DNA of 64,000 bases. Origin: Paraspadella gotoi. Its lineage: Eukaryota > Animalia > Chaetognatha. This document shows, piece by piece, positions 13,201-25,174 of this stretch; position 1 is the first letter of the stretch, and each line of letters opens with the position of its first letter. The DNA lies in assembly GCA_051294375.1 (NCBI GenBank), contig CM119263.1, positions 3,742,785 to 3,806,784 on the forward strand, read 5' to 3'. The notes below the pieces were generated by a model that saw only the letters and a list, made by a program, of their open reading frames with translations, was not told the origin of the DNA and did not search any database. A program made the translations under genes and the position numbers.

Positions 13201-16200
13201 CACGTTTTGTCGATCCTTATATTTTTTAGGTATGTATTATTTATTTATTTATATTTCTTTATTTTTATTAATTTTTTTTTATTATTTTTGGGTTTAAATT
13301 TTTCAATAAGAATAAATATCTAATAAGTTACATAAAAATATGTTATTTACAATAACATGAATGAATTAATTTATTAATTAATAAGCTGTGATAGAAAATT
13401 TTTAGAGAAAGTTTTTCACCTATATTCAATGTTTATTTTTAATCAGCAAAAAAAATCAAAATTTTGTAAAATCTTTTTTGCTTTTTGCTAATTTTATTTA
13501 AATGAATTTAAAAAAACGTACGTATTTATTTATCCTTCAAAAAATTACTTTTAAAAGAATCCGCCTTTTTCTCTTTCCCCGTAGTTCCTTCGTGGCGCTG
13601 TTGTTTCATTCCGGTCTGATGTTGTACGTCATCAAAAAAGTGTCTTGGTTGATGGGAAAGTGATGGGGACGACTGCTGCGGAATCTTTGGTTGCGACGGC
13701 CAACATCTTCGTGGGGCAAAGCGAAGCGCCTCTTATGATCAGACCTTTCCTTCCGGTCATGACCAAATCGGGTCAGTTCGCTTTTAATGTGACACAACCA
13801 GTTCCAACAAAAAAATACAACCTAAATATCAACCATGCCAAGAAGGAAAAGAACGAATAAATAAAATGCCGATTAATAACCCCAGCAGGCGACTCATTTA
13901 AACGTTGTTTTTTATTTAACGTACGCAGGAAATGTAAATGCCTAAGGTAGATTTAAAAACGATTTTTATGTATTTTGGTTGAAAGTTATATTTTTTTTAT
14001 TCTTTCTTTTTCTTCTTTTTCATCTTCCTCCTCTTCCTCTTCTCCTCCTCTTTCTTTGTCTTCTTCTAAACTCTTCGTCCTCCACTTCATTTTCCGCAGT
14101 TTAACCCGAGATAAAGTGACTTTGGGTTCCGTGAAAATCCCCAATCGTGAGCATGCGTTCTGTTGTGAATTTGTGAAAGCGTGATGGATTAGCTCATCTT
14201 CAAAAGGCGAAAAAAAGGTGGGGGGGTCTAACTACTTTGCATCGTAAACCTCTTTGTCTGTATTTTAGTCTCTTACATGTTTTTTTTTCTTTTTTTTTCT
14301 GAAATTTTCCATTCATTTTCATTTTACTTATTCTCTATCTTTTCATACGGTTTTCATAGTAACTTACGTCTAACATAGTACTCATAGTACATACTACATA
14401 GTACTCTGGTAGTGAATAAACGAGACAGTGAGAGAGTCTTAAATGAAAGCTATAATGGAGTGATGGAGGCCTTAAACTACCAAAGGCTGTCCAAAGTTAG
14501 GGGCGAGATAGCTTATTTATTATATGAATGGATAATTTTTATATTGGTTGTACCTATTTCAAAGGTATTTTATAGCTATCCCCATTTTATTCTCGTGCGT
14601 CCCCTTCTTTCTTTTCTTTTCCCTTTGCTCCCCTCTTTCCTAAACTCCATTATCACACTTCTCTTACTTCTCTTACCCTCTTTAATATTCTATCTTTTCA
14701 TTACCTCACCTCCGTATTTTTCCTTCATTCATCCATTGACACCTCACCCCGTTTCTTTCTCTCCAGAACTCCATTCCATAATGACCTCCGGTTTCGCCAC
14801 TGTGGCCGGCACAGTGATGGGCGCCTACATTTCATTCGGCGCCTCGGCGTCTCATCTCATATGCGCCTCGATAATGTCGGCGCCAGCGGCGCTGGCGATG
14901 GCCAAACTATTTTATCCGGAGAAGAAAAAGTCTAAGACGACTTTTAAGGTGGGCGTGGCTGGAGATGGGGGCGAGGGATACAGGGTAATCGGAATAGAGA
15001 TCAATTATAAAAGACTGAGGCGAGGATTACCGGTGGAACTCTTCGAATTTAGTTTGGGATACAGGGTTATCAAAATTGAAAAGGAAAATATAATTGGCGT
15101 GGCTATAAGGGACTCAGTCTACTTTAGTAGTTCACGTTTACACTTTATTATTTTCATTAAAGTTATGTTAGTTTAAGTTATGTTGTATAAAATGTTGAGT
15201 CTTACGTAATTATCTTGTAAGAGTGATTTGTGCATTAACCCACCATAGTCATTTCATAAAAATTTCTAATGATATACGAACAAAGACGACTTTATTTATT
15301 TAATTCAATAAATGCCTAAGTTCTCAGTGATTTTCGTTCCCAGACAGTGTGTGCGCCTTTTCAAACCCCCAACCATCTATTCTAACCCCCCCCCCGCCAC
15401 CTTCAGGACATCGCGGACATGAAGTGCGCCAGTCCCTACAACAACGCGTTGGAAGCGGTGTCCGCGGGCGCCAGCGACGCCGTCAGCCTCGCCGCCGGGA
15501 TCGCCGCCAATCTCATCGCTTTCTTATCGATGGTGAGGAGTGGGAAGGGCAGATGGAGTCGTTAATTGGTAGTTAATCATTATTATTATTATTATTAATT
15601 ATTAACTGATTTATGATTAATTGACCAATTAATGGTTTTAATTTTTTTTTTTTCTCTTTTTTAATGTTTTATGTTTACTTTTTGAAAAAAAATAATTAGT
15701 ATATTTTCCTTTCTTTTTCGTTGGTTTCAGAATTTGAGATGAGAAAAGTTTTCTTCGTTTTCACAACGAAGTTTTAATGAAAAAAATCAGAACAATAAAA
15801 CGTCTCTCTCTCTCTCTCTCACTCTCTCTCTCTTAAATCCTTACATTACGTCATATTTTTCTCTCCCCTGTTAATCAGGTGGCCTTCATCAACGCCTGCT
15901 TGACTTACTTCGGCAACCTGGTGGACCTTCGTCTCCATCTCTGTCAAGATTTGACTCTCAATCTCATTGTCTCTTGGCTTTTTTATCCTCTCACTTGGGC
16001 GATGGGTGTCGAGAAAACGGACTTACGACAAGTCGGTTGATGTCGTCGTTGTTGTTGTTGTCGTCGTCGTTGTCATCGTCGTTGTCGCCTTAATTGAGAT
16101 TGGTTTTGTCGTCGTCCTCTTCGGCGCGTTTTCGTCGTTGTCATCGTTGTCGTCTTGGTCGTTGTCAGCCAATTTGAGGAATATTTCGCTTTTTTTTTAA

Positions 16201-17261
16201 TAAGATGTTAATTTTTATTAATTATTATGAAATTAGTACAACCAATATCATTACATTATTATATATATCATATTATATTATTGAGGTCTCGGAACTGGTG
16301 GGCGTGAAGACGATCGTCAATGAATTCGTCGCTTATCAAAATTTGGGAAAACTGAAGGAGACGAGACGAGAAGCTGAAGACACGTTGGAGAGAATCAAGA
16401 GCAACTTCACCTTGGATCAAATTCAAGAAATGGCTTATCACTTGGGTGAGGGAGAAATTTAAACTGGGAAGGAAATTGAATGTGGAATTAGTTAAAGGGA
16501 AAGGATTTGTTAGTAAGTTAAATCAGTAAAACGAGGAATGAATCTAGTTTCGATATATTAAATTATTATTCTAAAACATTTGAATGTCGTCTGAAACAAA
16601 ATTTTAATAAAGTCGAGTTATCATTTAATTATTATACTAATCAGTTGAATGTTAACTAAAATGTCGGTTCCATTGAAATGTATTGATAAACTAATCTGTT
16701 TTTTTTTTTTTTTTTATCCAGAGTGCGTTAACGGAAAGCGTCGTTCTTTGAGACTCGGCGGACAAAGAATCCCAACCAATTTTATTTCCTACAGATCTGA
16801 GGTAAACCTGATATTCATATTCATATATTATATATATATATTATACATATATACAAGACCTTTTAAATATTAACTATAACCATGTACACGAATTGATCCG
16901 GACGACAAGTTGCTCTTTTATTTTTTGGTTCCAAGGTAATCGCTACTTACGCCCTCTGCGGTTTCGCCAATTTCGGATCGATCGGGATTCAACTCGGGGC
17001 TTTAGCCGCTCTGGCGCCAGATAGGAAAACGGTTGGCATTTCTCGAAAATACATACTAAAATAGAAAAGATGTCAAAAATAGGCGAATTATAATTCTAAT
17101 AAAATTATTTTAAAAATTAATCTCAGGATCTATCGAAAGTGGTGCTGCGCGCGATGATCGCCGGAAACGTCGCCTGTTTCATAACCGCCTGCATCGCCGG
17201 ATTGTTGTACGACAGTAAATTCGAAGGCGCCACAACCGACTGTAGCAACAGTTGGATCTGA
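10299..17261 (+). CDS. SLC28A: Concentrative Na+/nucleoside cotransporter (SLC28/CNT family), 13 coding exons
   Basis: Phase-consistent GT-AG exons: 10299-10484, 10874-11083, 11448-11574, 12534-12702, 13002-13229, 13585-13771, 14767-14948, 15407-15532, 15879-16031, 16286-16445, 16722-16801, 16936-17031, 17127-17261. Family motifs: [143 protein letters not shown]. The model needs one 1-nt insertion near 13657; a compensating +1/-1 indel pair lies at about 13113-13142. The orthologue number cannot be assigned. Confidence 0.95.
10571..10820 (+). mobile_element. Dispersed repeat family B (retroposon-like), copy in SLC28 intron 1
   Basis: caaccattataaaaagtatccattca...ataagctatct...cttacaagataatgac...gtttattcac...cctggcttcc matches 14401-14550 (-), 39888-40140 and 40230-40520. 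Confidence 0.7.
14401..14550 (-). mobile_element. Dispersed repeat family B, partial copy in SLC28 intron 6
   Basis: Reverse complement reads caaccaatataaaaattatccattca...ataagctatctcgcccct...aaggcctcc...ctcgtttattcac. Confidence 0.7.
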
Positions 17262-17981
17262 ATCTTGAGCATTTCCAAACCATTCCCGATTTATTCTTGT
17301 TGATTTCGTTAACTTGTTGTACAATTTTCGCAAATTGTAAGTGGAATTGTGTATTATTTGTTAACTTTGATCTCTGTTAGAAGATTATTACGTTTATTTT
17401 ATTATGGTCACGCTTTTTTTTTTGCATTAAGCAACGATGCTTTGTTTATAACTTTCTGGCTTTAGTTTTAGAGTCTGTTGAAAGAGGTCGCTTTCAACAA
17501 GGCAAAAATAACAAAAGGGCATCTGTGTTTCTGTACAAGGTTAATTGTTTTTCTTTCAAATTTTTAATGCAGATCTTAATAGATTAGGGTACCTTGAATA
17601 CGATCAATTATAATATACTTATAAAGATTTAAAAAAATTTAAATAAGATAATTTTAAGAAGTTATCATTACTTAAATTAGACAAGAATAGAGTAAAAAAA
17701 CAAGTTGAGCATATAGGTAGTAAGAATTCGTAAAACACGATTTGTTAAACCAATTCCATATAGCTGTGGAAGTCCAGAAAATAGGCAGTGGTGATACAGT
17801 TTAATGCAGTAATACAGCGAAAACCTGAAGAAAAAGTATTACAAGACAATGGCGAGAAAAAACATAACTAATGTGTTGAATACACTAAACTTTTAGTCTA
17901 AAGGGACAATATTACGATGTGATGAGGTTAAAGGTTCTATCAGACCGCAGACCGGACACATCGGGTCATGTAGTCGATAGA

Positions 17982-18018
<37 letters not shown>

Positions 18019-18739
18019 CGAGCATATTCAAGCCGATCGGTCTTTACACGGGTGTCACGAGTAAAGTATCAGTAGTTGACATCGGATAGAATACTTATCT
18101 TTCCCGAGTTTTGTCACATTCTGCTAATTAGTAACTTCTTGAATTTCTGTCCAAATTGCTCAGTGCTCACATCTAAGTTTGCCGTGAGAAGCTCTGAGAC
18201 TCTAAGATTAAGTAGTAGAACTAACTTACCCTTCCCCAAATCCTCACCTAATCCGATCCCGACTTCGTGCAGCGGAGTTCCCGACAATTTGGCTTTGATG
18301 GCCGACACGGCTTTACCGACAGAAACGCGGCGTCTTTTCTTTTTCTTCTTGCCCGTCGGTCGGTCGGTCGGTCTGTCGGTTTGTTTGTTGGACGGATTCA
18401 TGACCGACGTCAAAAGCGATTCACTCTTGGGTGTTTCTTCGCGAAATTTTTTTTTTTATGTTTGTGGTAAAATAAATGTATTGTAAAGTTTTGATTTTTT
18501 TGCTGCGCGAGGTCCTTGTATTTATTTTATTATTTTATTTTTTGTAATAGGGTGTCGGTTTTGTTTGTAACAAGTGCTGAAATATAAAAAATAAAAAAAA
18601 AAATAGTAAGACGAGTAGATTATTTTAAATATTGACGTTGAGATTTCCGGAAATCAATAAATTACTAATTAGGCGATAGGATTCATGATTCTTCTTTTAA
18701 TTTACTTGTTTGCGACGCGACAATTGGGAAATTGAAAGC

Positions 18740-19147
18740 ATGGCTTCTTCATTCTGTACCATCTACGAAATCGAAAACCCGGACGAGTCCAGGATTTAAT
18801 TTTCGCAAATCCAAATGATAACTCCAGCGCCGTTTGATGTCGCAGATGTCGCTGAAGTCATTGCATTTCCAACCAACGATCGTCGAGTGACTCATTTGCA
18901 TAAATCCGGATCATCGCCGACCGAAGGATCAACTTCTCACGTCGTTCAAAAAACCGTCGAGAGAACCGGGAAAATCGTGGGCGTGGCTCGTTTTCAAGAC
19001 CAAGACCGGGTTACAGTCGGTTCCACGTGGAATCCAATGACATCCGGGGAGCAAGGCATTGGCTCGCAGCGCGCGCGCTTGAAAACGGGGGGGAAAAATC
19101 AACATCGTGATGCGCGGAATCGCACGGGTTATAAACGTGACTCTTGA
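18740..19147 (+). other. Unassigned GC-richer, coding-like segment (possible exon or pseudogene)
   Basis: Unique, non-repetitive sequence. The frame MASSFCTIYEIENPDESRI*FSQIQMITPAPFDVADV...YKRDS has only one internal stop. No domain recognised and the strand is uncertain. Confidence 0.25.
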
Positions 19148-19214
19148 AAAATAGAGAAGGAGAGAGAGAGGGAGAGGGAGAAAGAAAGAAAGAGAGGGAG
19201 AGGGAGAAAGAAAG

Positions 19215-19302
<88 letters not shown>

Positions 19303-19549
19303 AAACGCAATCAATCCAAGCACAACAAAAGCGCAACCACATCAAAATAAAAAAGAGCAGCTAATAAGACTCGCGAACGAGAAGAAAAAAGTCCCCAAAA
19401 TAAATCTAAGACGACGACGACCACGACGACGATTTCGACGCAACGACGACGACGTCGACGACGATGACGTGATAACGACGACGATGACGCAATTGTCACG
19501 TGACGCGGACTACCTCCTCTTCCTCTGCCGATGTTGACGGAGAAATGAT

Positions 19550-20510
19550 GGGAGAGGAGAGGAAAGGGGTAGAGGAAAGGAAATGGGAGGAAGGAGGAAA
19601 GAAAGAATGAAACAAGAAATGAGAAGGAGGAAAAGAAAAAGGAGGAAAGATTAAAAAGAAAAAATGGGTAAGAGGAAGGAAAAGGGAGGAAACAGGAGAA
19701 AGAGAATAAAAGAAGATAAGGGATGGAGGAAAAGAAAAAAGAGGAAGGAAGAAGGAGAGATTAGAAAAAGTATAAGAGTGGAGGAAAGAAAAGAAAGAGA
19801 AAAGAAAGATTAGAAAAAGAAAAATGGTTGGAGGATAAAAAAGAGGAGGAGGAAGGAGAGATTAGAAAAAATGATATGGGTGGAGGAAAGTAAAATGGAA
19901 GAAAGAGAAAAGAGAGATTAGAAAAAGGAAAGGGATTAGGGAAAGGATAAAGGAGGAAGGAGGAAGGAGAGATTAGAAAAAGAAAAAAGGGTTGGAGGAA
20001 AAGAAAAAAGAAAAGGGAGGAAAGAAAATAAGAAGAAGAGAAGGACACGAAGGAAAGAAAAGGAAAGGAAGAAGAAATAAGAAAAAAGAAGAAAAAATGA
20101 GAATTGAGGAAAGGAAAAAGAAGGAAAGAAAGAGAAAGAAAATATAAAAGAGACAAAAATAAAAATAAAGGAAAGGTAGAGAAGAAACGAGAAAAGAAAG
20201 ATGAAAAAATCAAAAGGGAAGAAAAGTGGAAAAATATAACAAAGATGAGAAGAGAAAAACTGGGGTACTGGGAAAAAAAGAGGAGATAGGAGCAGAAAGC
20301 AAGGGAACTGGGAGGAAAGGTATAAAAAGGAAATATTATGAAAGGAGATGGAAGGAAATCTCAAGTTAAGTAGAAGAAATAAGAAAATGAAAGGGACATG
20401 CGAAATGAAAAGGAGGACGAGAAAAATGATTAAAGGAAAAAAAGGAGAAAAAATGGGAAAAAAGGAGAAAAAAGGGAAAAAAGGAGAAGTACGACAAAAA
20501 AAATGAAGAA
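19550..20510. repeat. Purine-rich low-complexity tract
   Basis: About 1 kb of nearly pure A/G with degenerate gattagaaaa...ggaggaa units. Confidence 0.85.
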
Positions 20511-20837
20511 GACGATGATTTTTTTTCTTTGAAATCGTTTGTCCTCTAAAGTCTTCATCGTCGTCGTCGTCGCCGTCGTCGTTATTATCATCGTCGTCAT
20601 CGTGTCTCCCGTTTTCGAGCCTCTGACGGGCGCCGGGAACTCGGGAAAAATGAAGAAAACGATGGCACGGCAAGGCTCTGTACGGCTCGGCACGGCACGG
20701 CTCGGCTCGGAACGGGGACTTGTTCTCGTGCGCTGAACAGATTTCACATCTTCGCCGTTTGTTTTGGTGATTTCGTTACTGTCATTTGTATGATGTCAGT
20801 CAAAATAGATTCCATAGATAAATAGATAGATAAATGT

Positions 20838-20936
<99 letters not shown>

Positions 20937-21189
20937 CAGACAAACAGACAGACACACAAACAGACAGACAGAAGGATTTTACTCGTTGGTATGGTATAAG
21001 ATTTAATATTCCTTCTTTTCTCTCAAACGTAACTTGGAGTCTGTTGCCAAGGAAACGAGCCACGGTTGCCAAGCAACGATGACGCAAGGCGCCAGGCGCT
21101 AATGACGTAGCGACGGTGGCAGTTGCTCTTTTCTCTTCTCGATCGGCCGTTTGTGTTGGAGGGAAAGAGGTACAGAGACGAGTTCGCTA

Positions 21190-21380
21190 TAGGAGTTGAT
21201 TGGTCTGGGGCTGATTGGTTATGGGGATGATTGGCTAAGGGATTGATCGGCCTTGGAGTTAATGACACGCGTGGTGATTGGCTAGAGGGTTGATTGGCTA
21301 TAGGGTTGATTGGCTAGGGGTTAATTGGCTTAGGGGTTGATTGGCTAGGGGGTTGATTGGCTAGAGGGTTGTTTGGCCTG
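21190..21380. repeat. 16-17-bp minisatellite built on GATTGGCTAGGGGTT
   Basis: About 10 recurrences of (g)attgg at regular spacing. Confidence 0.8.
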
Positions 21381-22012
21381 AAAGGTATTGACTCGAAAAA
21401 GAAAAAAAAGATTATGTGAAGTCTGAATTGAAGAATGAGGAGGTTTAACTGTTTTAAATTTTGTAATAGTTATTACATTTATGAGATAGTTATTTTTTTA
21501 TTGTCTCTCTTATTTATTAAAATTGATCTACTGATGTAAATATTATGAAAATCATCAGATTTGACAGTGTATTCTGTGTAGTGTATAGCTGAATCGGTCA
21601 TAGCAGATACACATTTTAATATTTCCTTAAACTCAGTTCATTTGTCCATGCATTAGTCATCCATTCGACGAAAGAGAGCGAAACTAATAGCAAAGTTTTC
21701 GCAAAAAACAAAAGTCACAGTCTCTAGATGCAGTTGAAAAAATCTCAACTCTTATTCATCCTTCCAAAATGAATTGTTTAATTTTTAGGTCCGTCGTTAA
21801 TTGTTATTTAATACATTCACTAGTTTTTCGAATAATTGCTGTCTTCCTTATTCTACATATTCGCAGGTTTTGCACTTAACTGATCACGATTTCTACTTTC
21901 TTTCCTTTTTTATTTATTTTTTAAAAATTATTTATATCTTTCTTTCTTTCTTTCTTTCTTAACTTCTTTCTTGCATTCTTTCTTTCTTAACTTCTTTCTT
22001 GCATTCTTGCAT

Positions 22013-22064
<52 letters not shown>

Positions 22065-22185
22065 TTTTCCTTATTTTTCTTTCTTTTCCACTTTTTTTTT
22101 CTTTCCTTTTTCTTGCTTTTTTCTCGCTTTCTTTCTTTCTTTCTTTATTTCTTTCTTTCTTTTTTTTTCTCTTTCTTTCTTAACT

Positions 22186-22232
<47 letters not shown>

Positions 22233-22367
22233 CCCTTTCTTTTCTTATTTCTTCCTTCAGAGCTGATCACTTTCATTAAAAGTCAGAAACTCTAATCTGA
22301 AACAAAGAGGCGATCCTTTTCACCTCAGTCAATAATAAATGGAGGAAGGGGAAGATTAAACCTTCGC

Positions 22368-22406
<39 letters not shown>

Positions 22407-22422
22407 CTCTTTCTTTCTTCCC

Positions 22423-22454
<32 letters not shown>

Positions 22455-23110
22455 TTTTCTCTCTTTCATTCTTTCTTTCTTTCTTTCTTTCTTTCTTTTT
22501 TTTCGTTTTTTTTCTTTCATGTCTTTCATGTCCTTTCTTTTTTATTTCTTTATTCCTATTTTTCTTTCTTGTCTTTCTTTCTCTCTTTCTTTTAATTCAT
22601 TCATTCTTTCTTTCCTTTCCTTCGTGACTCTCACGTTCAACGAGTGAATTGAATTTCCCCGGACACCGATTCACAGAAACTCATTCTACCGCATATTTTT
22701 CCTCTCATTACTTTCTATTCCTTTCTTTTCCCTTTTTTTATCTTTATTACCTTTTCCTTTTTCTCTTCCCTTTTTTTCTCCCCCTTTTTTCTATTTCACA
22801 GGCGCTTTTGCTATCACCTCAGAGGAAGAGAGAGAGAAAAAAAAATTTCCCTACCCCTTTTTTGCGGAGTCTGACCCGACGACCTCGTCTGAATTTTTCA
22901 AACCGACTTTCCTGGCGGACGCGCGGGGAAAAAAGAAACGGATGAGTGGGTGAGTGGGCTTGGCGGGGATTACCGGGTAAGGTAGGCGTGTAAGCTGGGG
23001 CGGGTACGACGAAAAGGTGCTACTTGAATTTTGAGTCTTTTTTCAGCCGAGACTGACTTACGGATAAACGATGTTCCCCAAAAATTCGAGAGTCGTGCCG
23101 ACTGTTAGGC

Positions 23111-23361
23111 TGTTGATGAGGCGTTAAGCGGGCTGAACACTACTATCCGTAACTTTTTTGACCCCTCAGCAGACATGAAACGGGTCTTGGGCCTGGAACC
23201 AGGCTTGAGGGTTTTCCCCTCCCCAAGGAGGTTTATTCTGTCCTCTGACTTACCGCAGGGATTGAACCCGGTACCTCATGGTTATGAGATAATGGCTTTA
23301 CTCAATGAGCCAGTCACGTCATGCTTATAGGCGGGGTGAACTTATGTAATACCCGACTACA
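23111..23361 (-). mobile_element. Family A solo-LTR-like element with tRNA-Met cassette (copy 2)
   Basis: TG...CA termini and a 4-bp TSD AGGC (23107-23110 and 23362-23365). The minus strand reads TGGCTCATTGAG...CTCATAA...GGTTCAATCC. Confidence 0.75.
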
Positions 23362-24149
23362 AGGCCATGTTTTCCAAAAGCACCCGGTTCTGCTTAAGTT
23401 CGAAAGTAATTTTTTTTTAGGTTTAAAAATTAGTTTATGTGTTAATGATTAGGGATTAGGTAAGGAATTAAATAAAAGATTAGGGTTAGTTCTAAAAGTT
23501 ATGATTAAAATCTGGGATAAGGATTTAGAGCAAATAGTTTTAATATTGCTAATAGTGCTAAATATCGCTAATTGTTTTATCTCAACCTTATTCACTCGAA
23601 TTCACTCGTTCAGTTTCTATTTTCATTCACCACATTGAATTCATTCACTCAATGATTCGTAAACAGAATGTAAACTGTCTACCATTTATTCCGTCCATTC
23701 GTTACTCAACAGGAAGGGAGGCAGGATGGTAATGGCAGAAGGTAGCGAAGGAGGCGTCAACGGAGAGAGAGAGTAGAGAGGAGAGAGAAGGAGGAGGAGA
23801 GAGAGAGAGGAGAGAGAGAGAGAGAGGAAGAGGAGAGAGAGGAAGGAGAGAAGAGAAAGGAGAAGAGAGAGAGAGAAATTGAAAGGAGAGTAGGAAGCAC
23901 CAGAGGCTTTCGGGGGGCGGTGGGGGGGTGACAGCCAGTTAATTAAACCAACTCAAAAAGCAACTATCGAAATTAGATTTTACAACACAGTTGTATTACT
24001 TGAAACAGTTAATAGTACTTCAAACTATTTTATAGTACTTTGTTGAATGATCGATTGAAAACAAGCAAAACCATCATAAAAGAAACCGGTACTCTCTCTC
24101 TTCTCCCCTCTATTTCTTCCTCTTCCTCTCGTTCTCTCTCTCTCTCTAT

Positions 24150-24187
<38 letters not shown>

Positions 24188-24220
24188 CTCTTCTAACTCT
24201 TCGTCTCGACTCTTCTCTCA

Positions 24221-24291
<71 letters not shown>

Positions 24292-24431
24292 TACAAAGTA
24301 CTATAAAATAGTTTGAAGTACTATTAACTGTTTCAAGTAATACAACTGTGTTGTAAAAATCTAATTTCGTATAAAGTAGCTTTTTGAGTTCGTTTAAATA
24401 ACTGGCCGCAAAGCTCTGCTCCTATTTTCAA

Positions 24432-24464
<33 letters not shown>

Positions 24465-24920
24465 CTCTCTCTCTCTCCTCTCTTCTCTTCTCTCTCTCTC
24501 TCTCTCCGTTGACGCCTCCCTTCTGCTACCTTTGCATTACCATCGCCTGCCTCCCCTTCCTGTTTGAGTACGAATGGCAGGAAATAAATGGGTAGACAGG
24601 TTTACATTCTGCTTACGATTCATTGAGTGAATTAATTCTGTGGTGAATGAAAATAGAACTGAAACGAGTAGTGAATTCGACGTGAATAAGGTTGAGTTAA
24701 AACAAATTAGCGATATTAGCCACTATTAGCAATATCTAAAATATTTGCTCTAATATCCTCTATCCCAGTTTTAATCATAACTTTTAGAATAACCCTAATC
24801 TTTTATTTACATCCTTCCTAATCGCGCTAATCATTAACACATAAACTAATTTTTTAAACCTAAAAAAAAAATTACTTTCGAACTTAAAGCAGAACCGGTG
24901 CTTTTTGGATACATGGTCCT

Positions 24921-25174
24921 TGTAGTCGCGTTATTACATCAATGTTCACCCCGCCTATAAGTATGACGTGCTGCTCATTGATAAAGCCATTACTCTATCA
25001 ACCATGACGGACCGGGTCAATCCCTGCGGTTAAGGTCAACGACAGATTATATAAAACCTCCTTGGTAGGGGAAAACCCTCAAAGCCTTGGTTCCAGGCCC
25101 AGACCCGTCTTTCATTGTCTCTGAGGGTGCTGCAAAAAGTTCGGAAGTTTAGCACCGCTATAACGCTCAATACA
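24921..25174 (+). mobile_element. Family A element, mirror image of copy 2 within palindrome 1
   Basis: Noisy reverse complement of 23111-23361 with mirrored flanks, so not an independent insertion. Confidence 0.65.

Noticed and set aside
14412-15176. 254-aa ORF as a single-exon gene
   Set aside because: Only 14767-14948 is SLC28 exon; the rest is intron, including a family B repeat.
18705-19143. TGA reassignment or selenoprotein reading of the minus frame
   Set aside because: The TGAs are antisense to TCA codons of the + frame, the SLC28 gene uses TGA as its stop, and no SECIS was identified.
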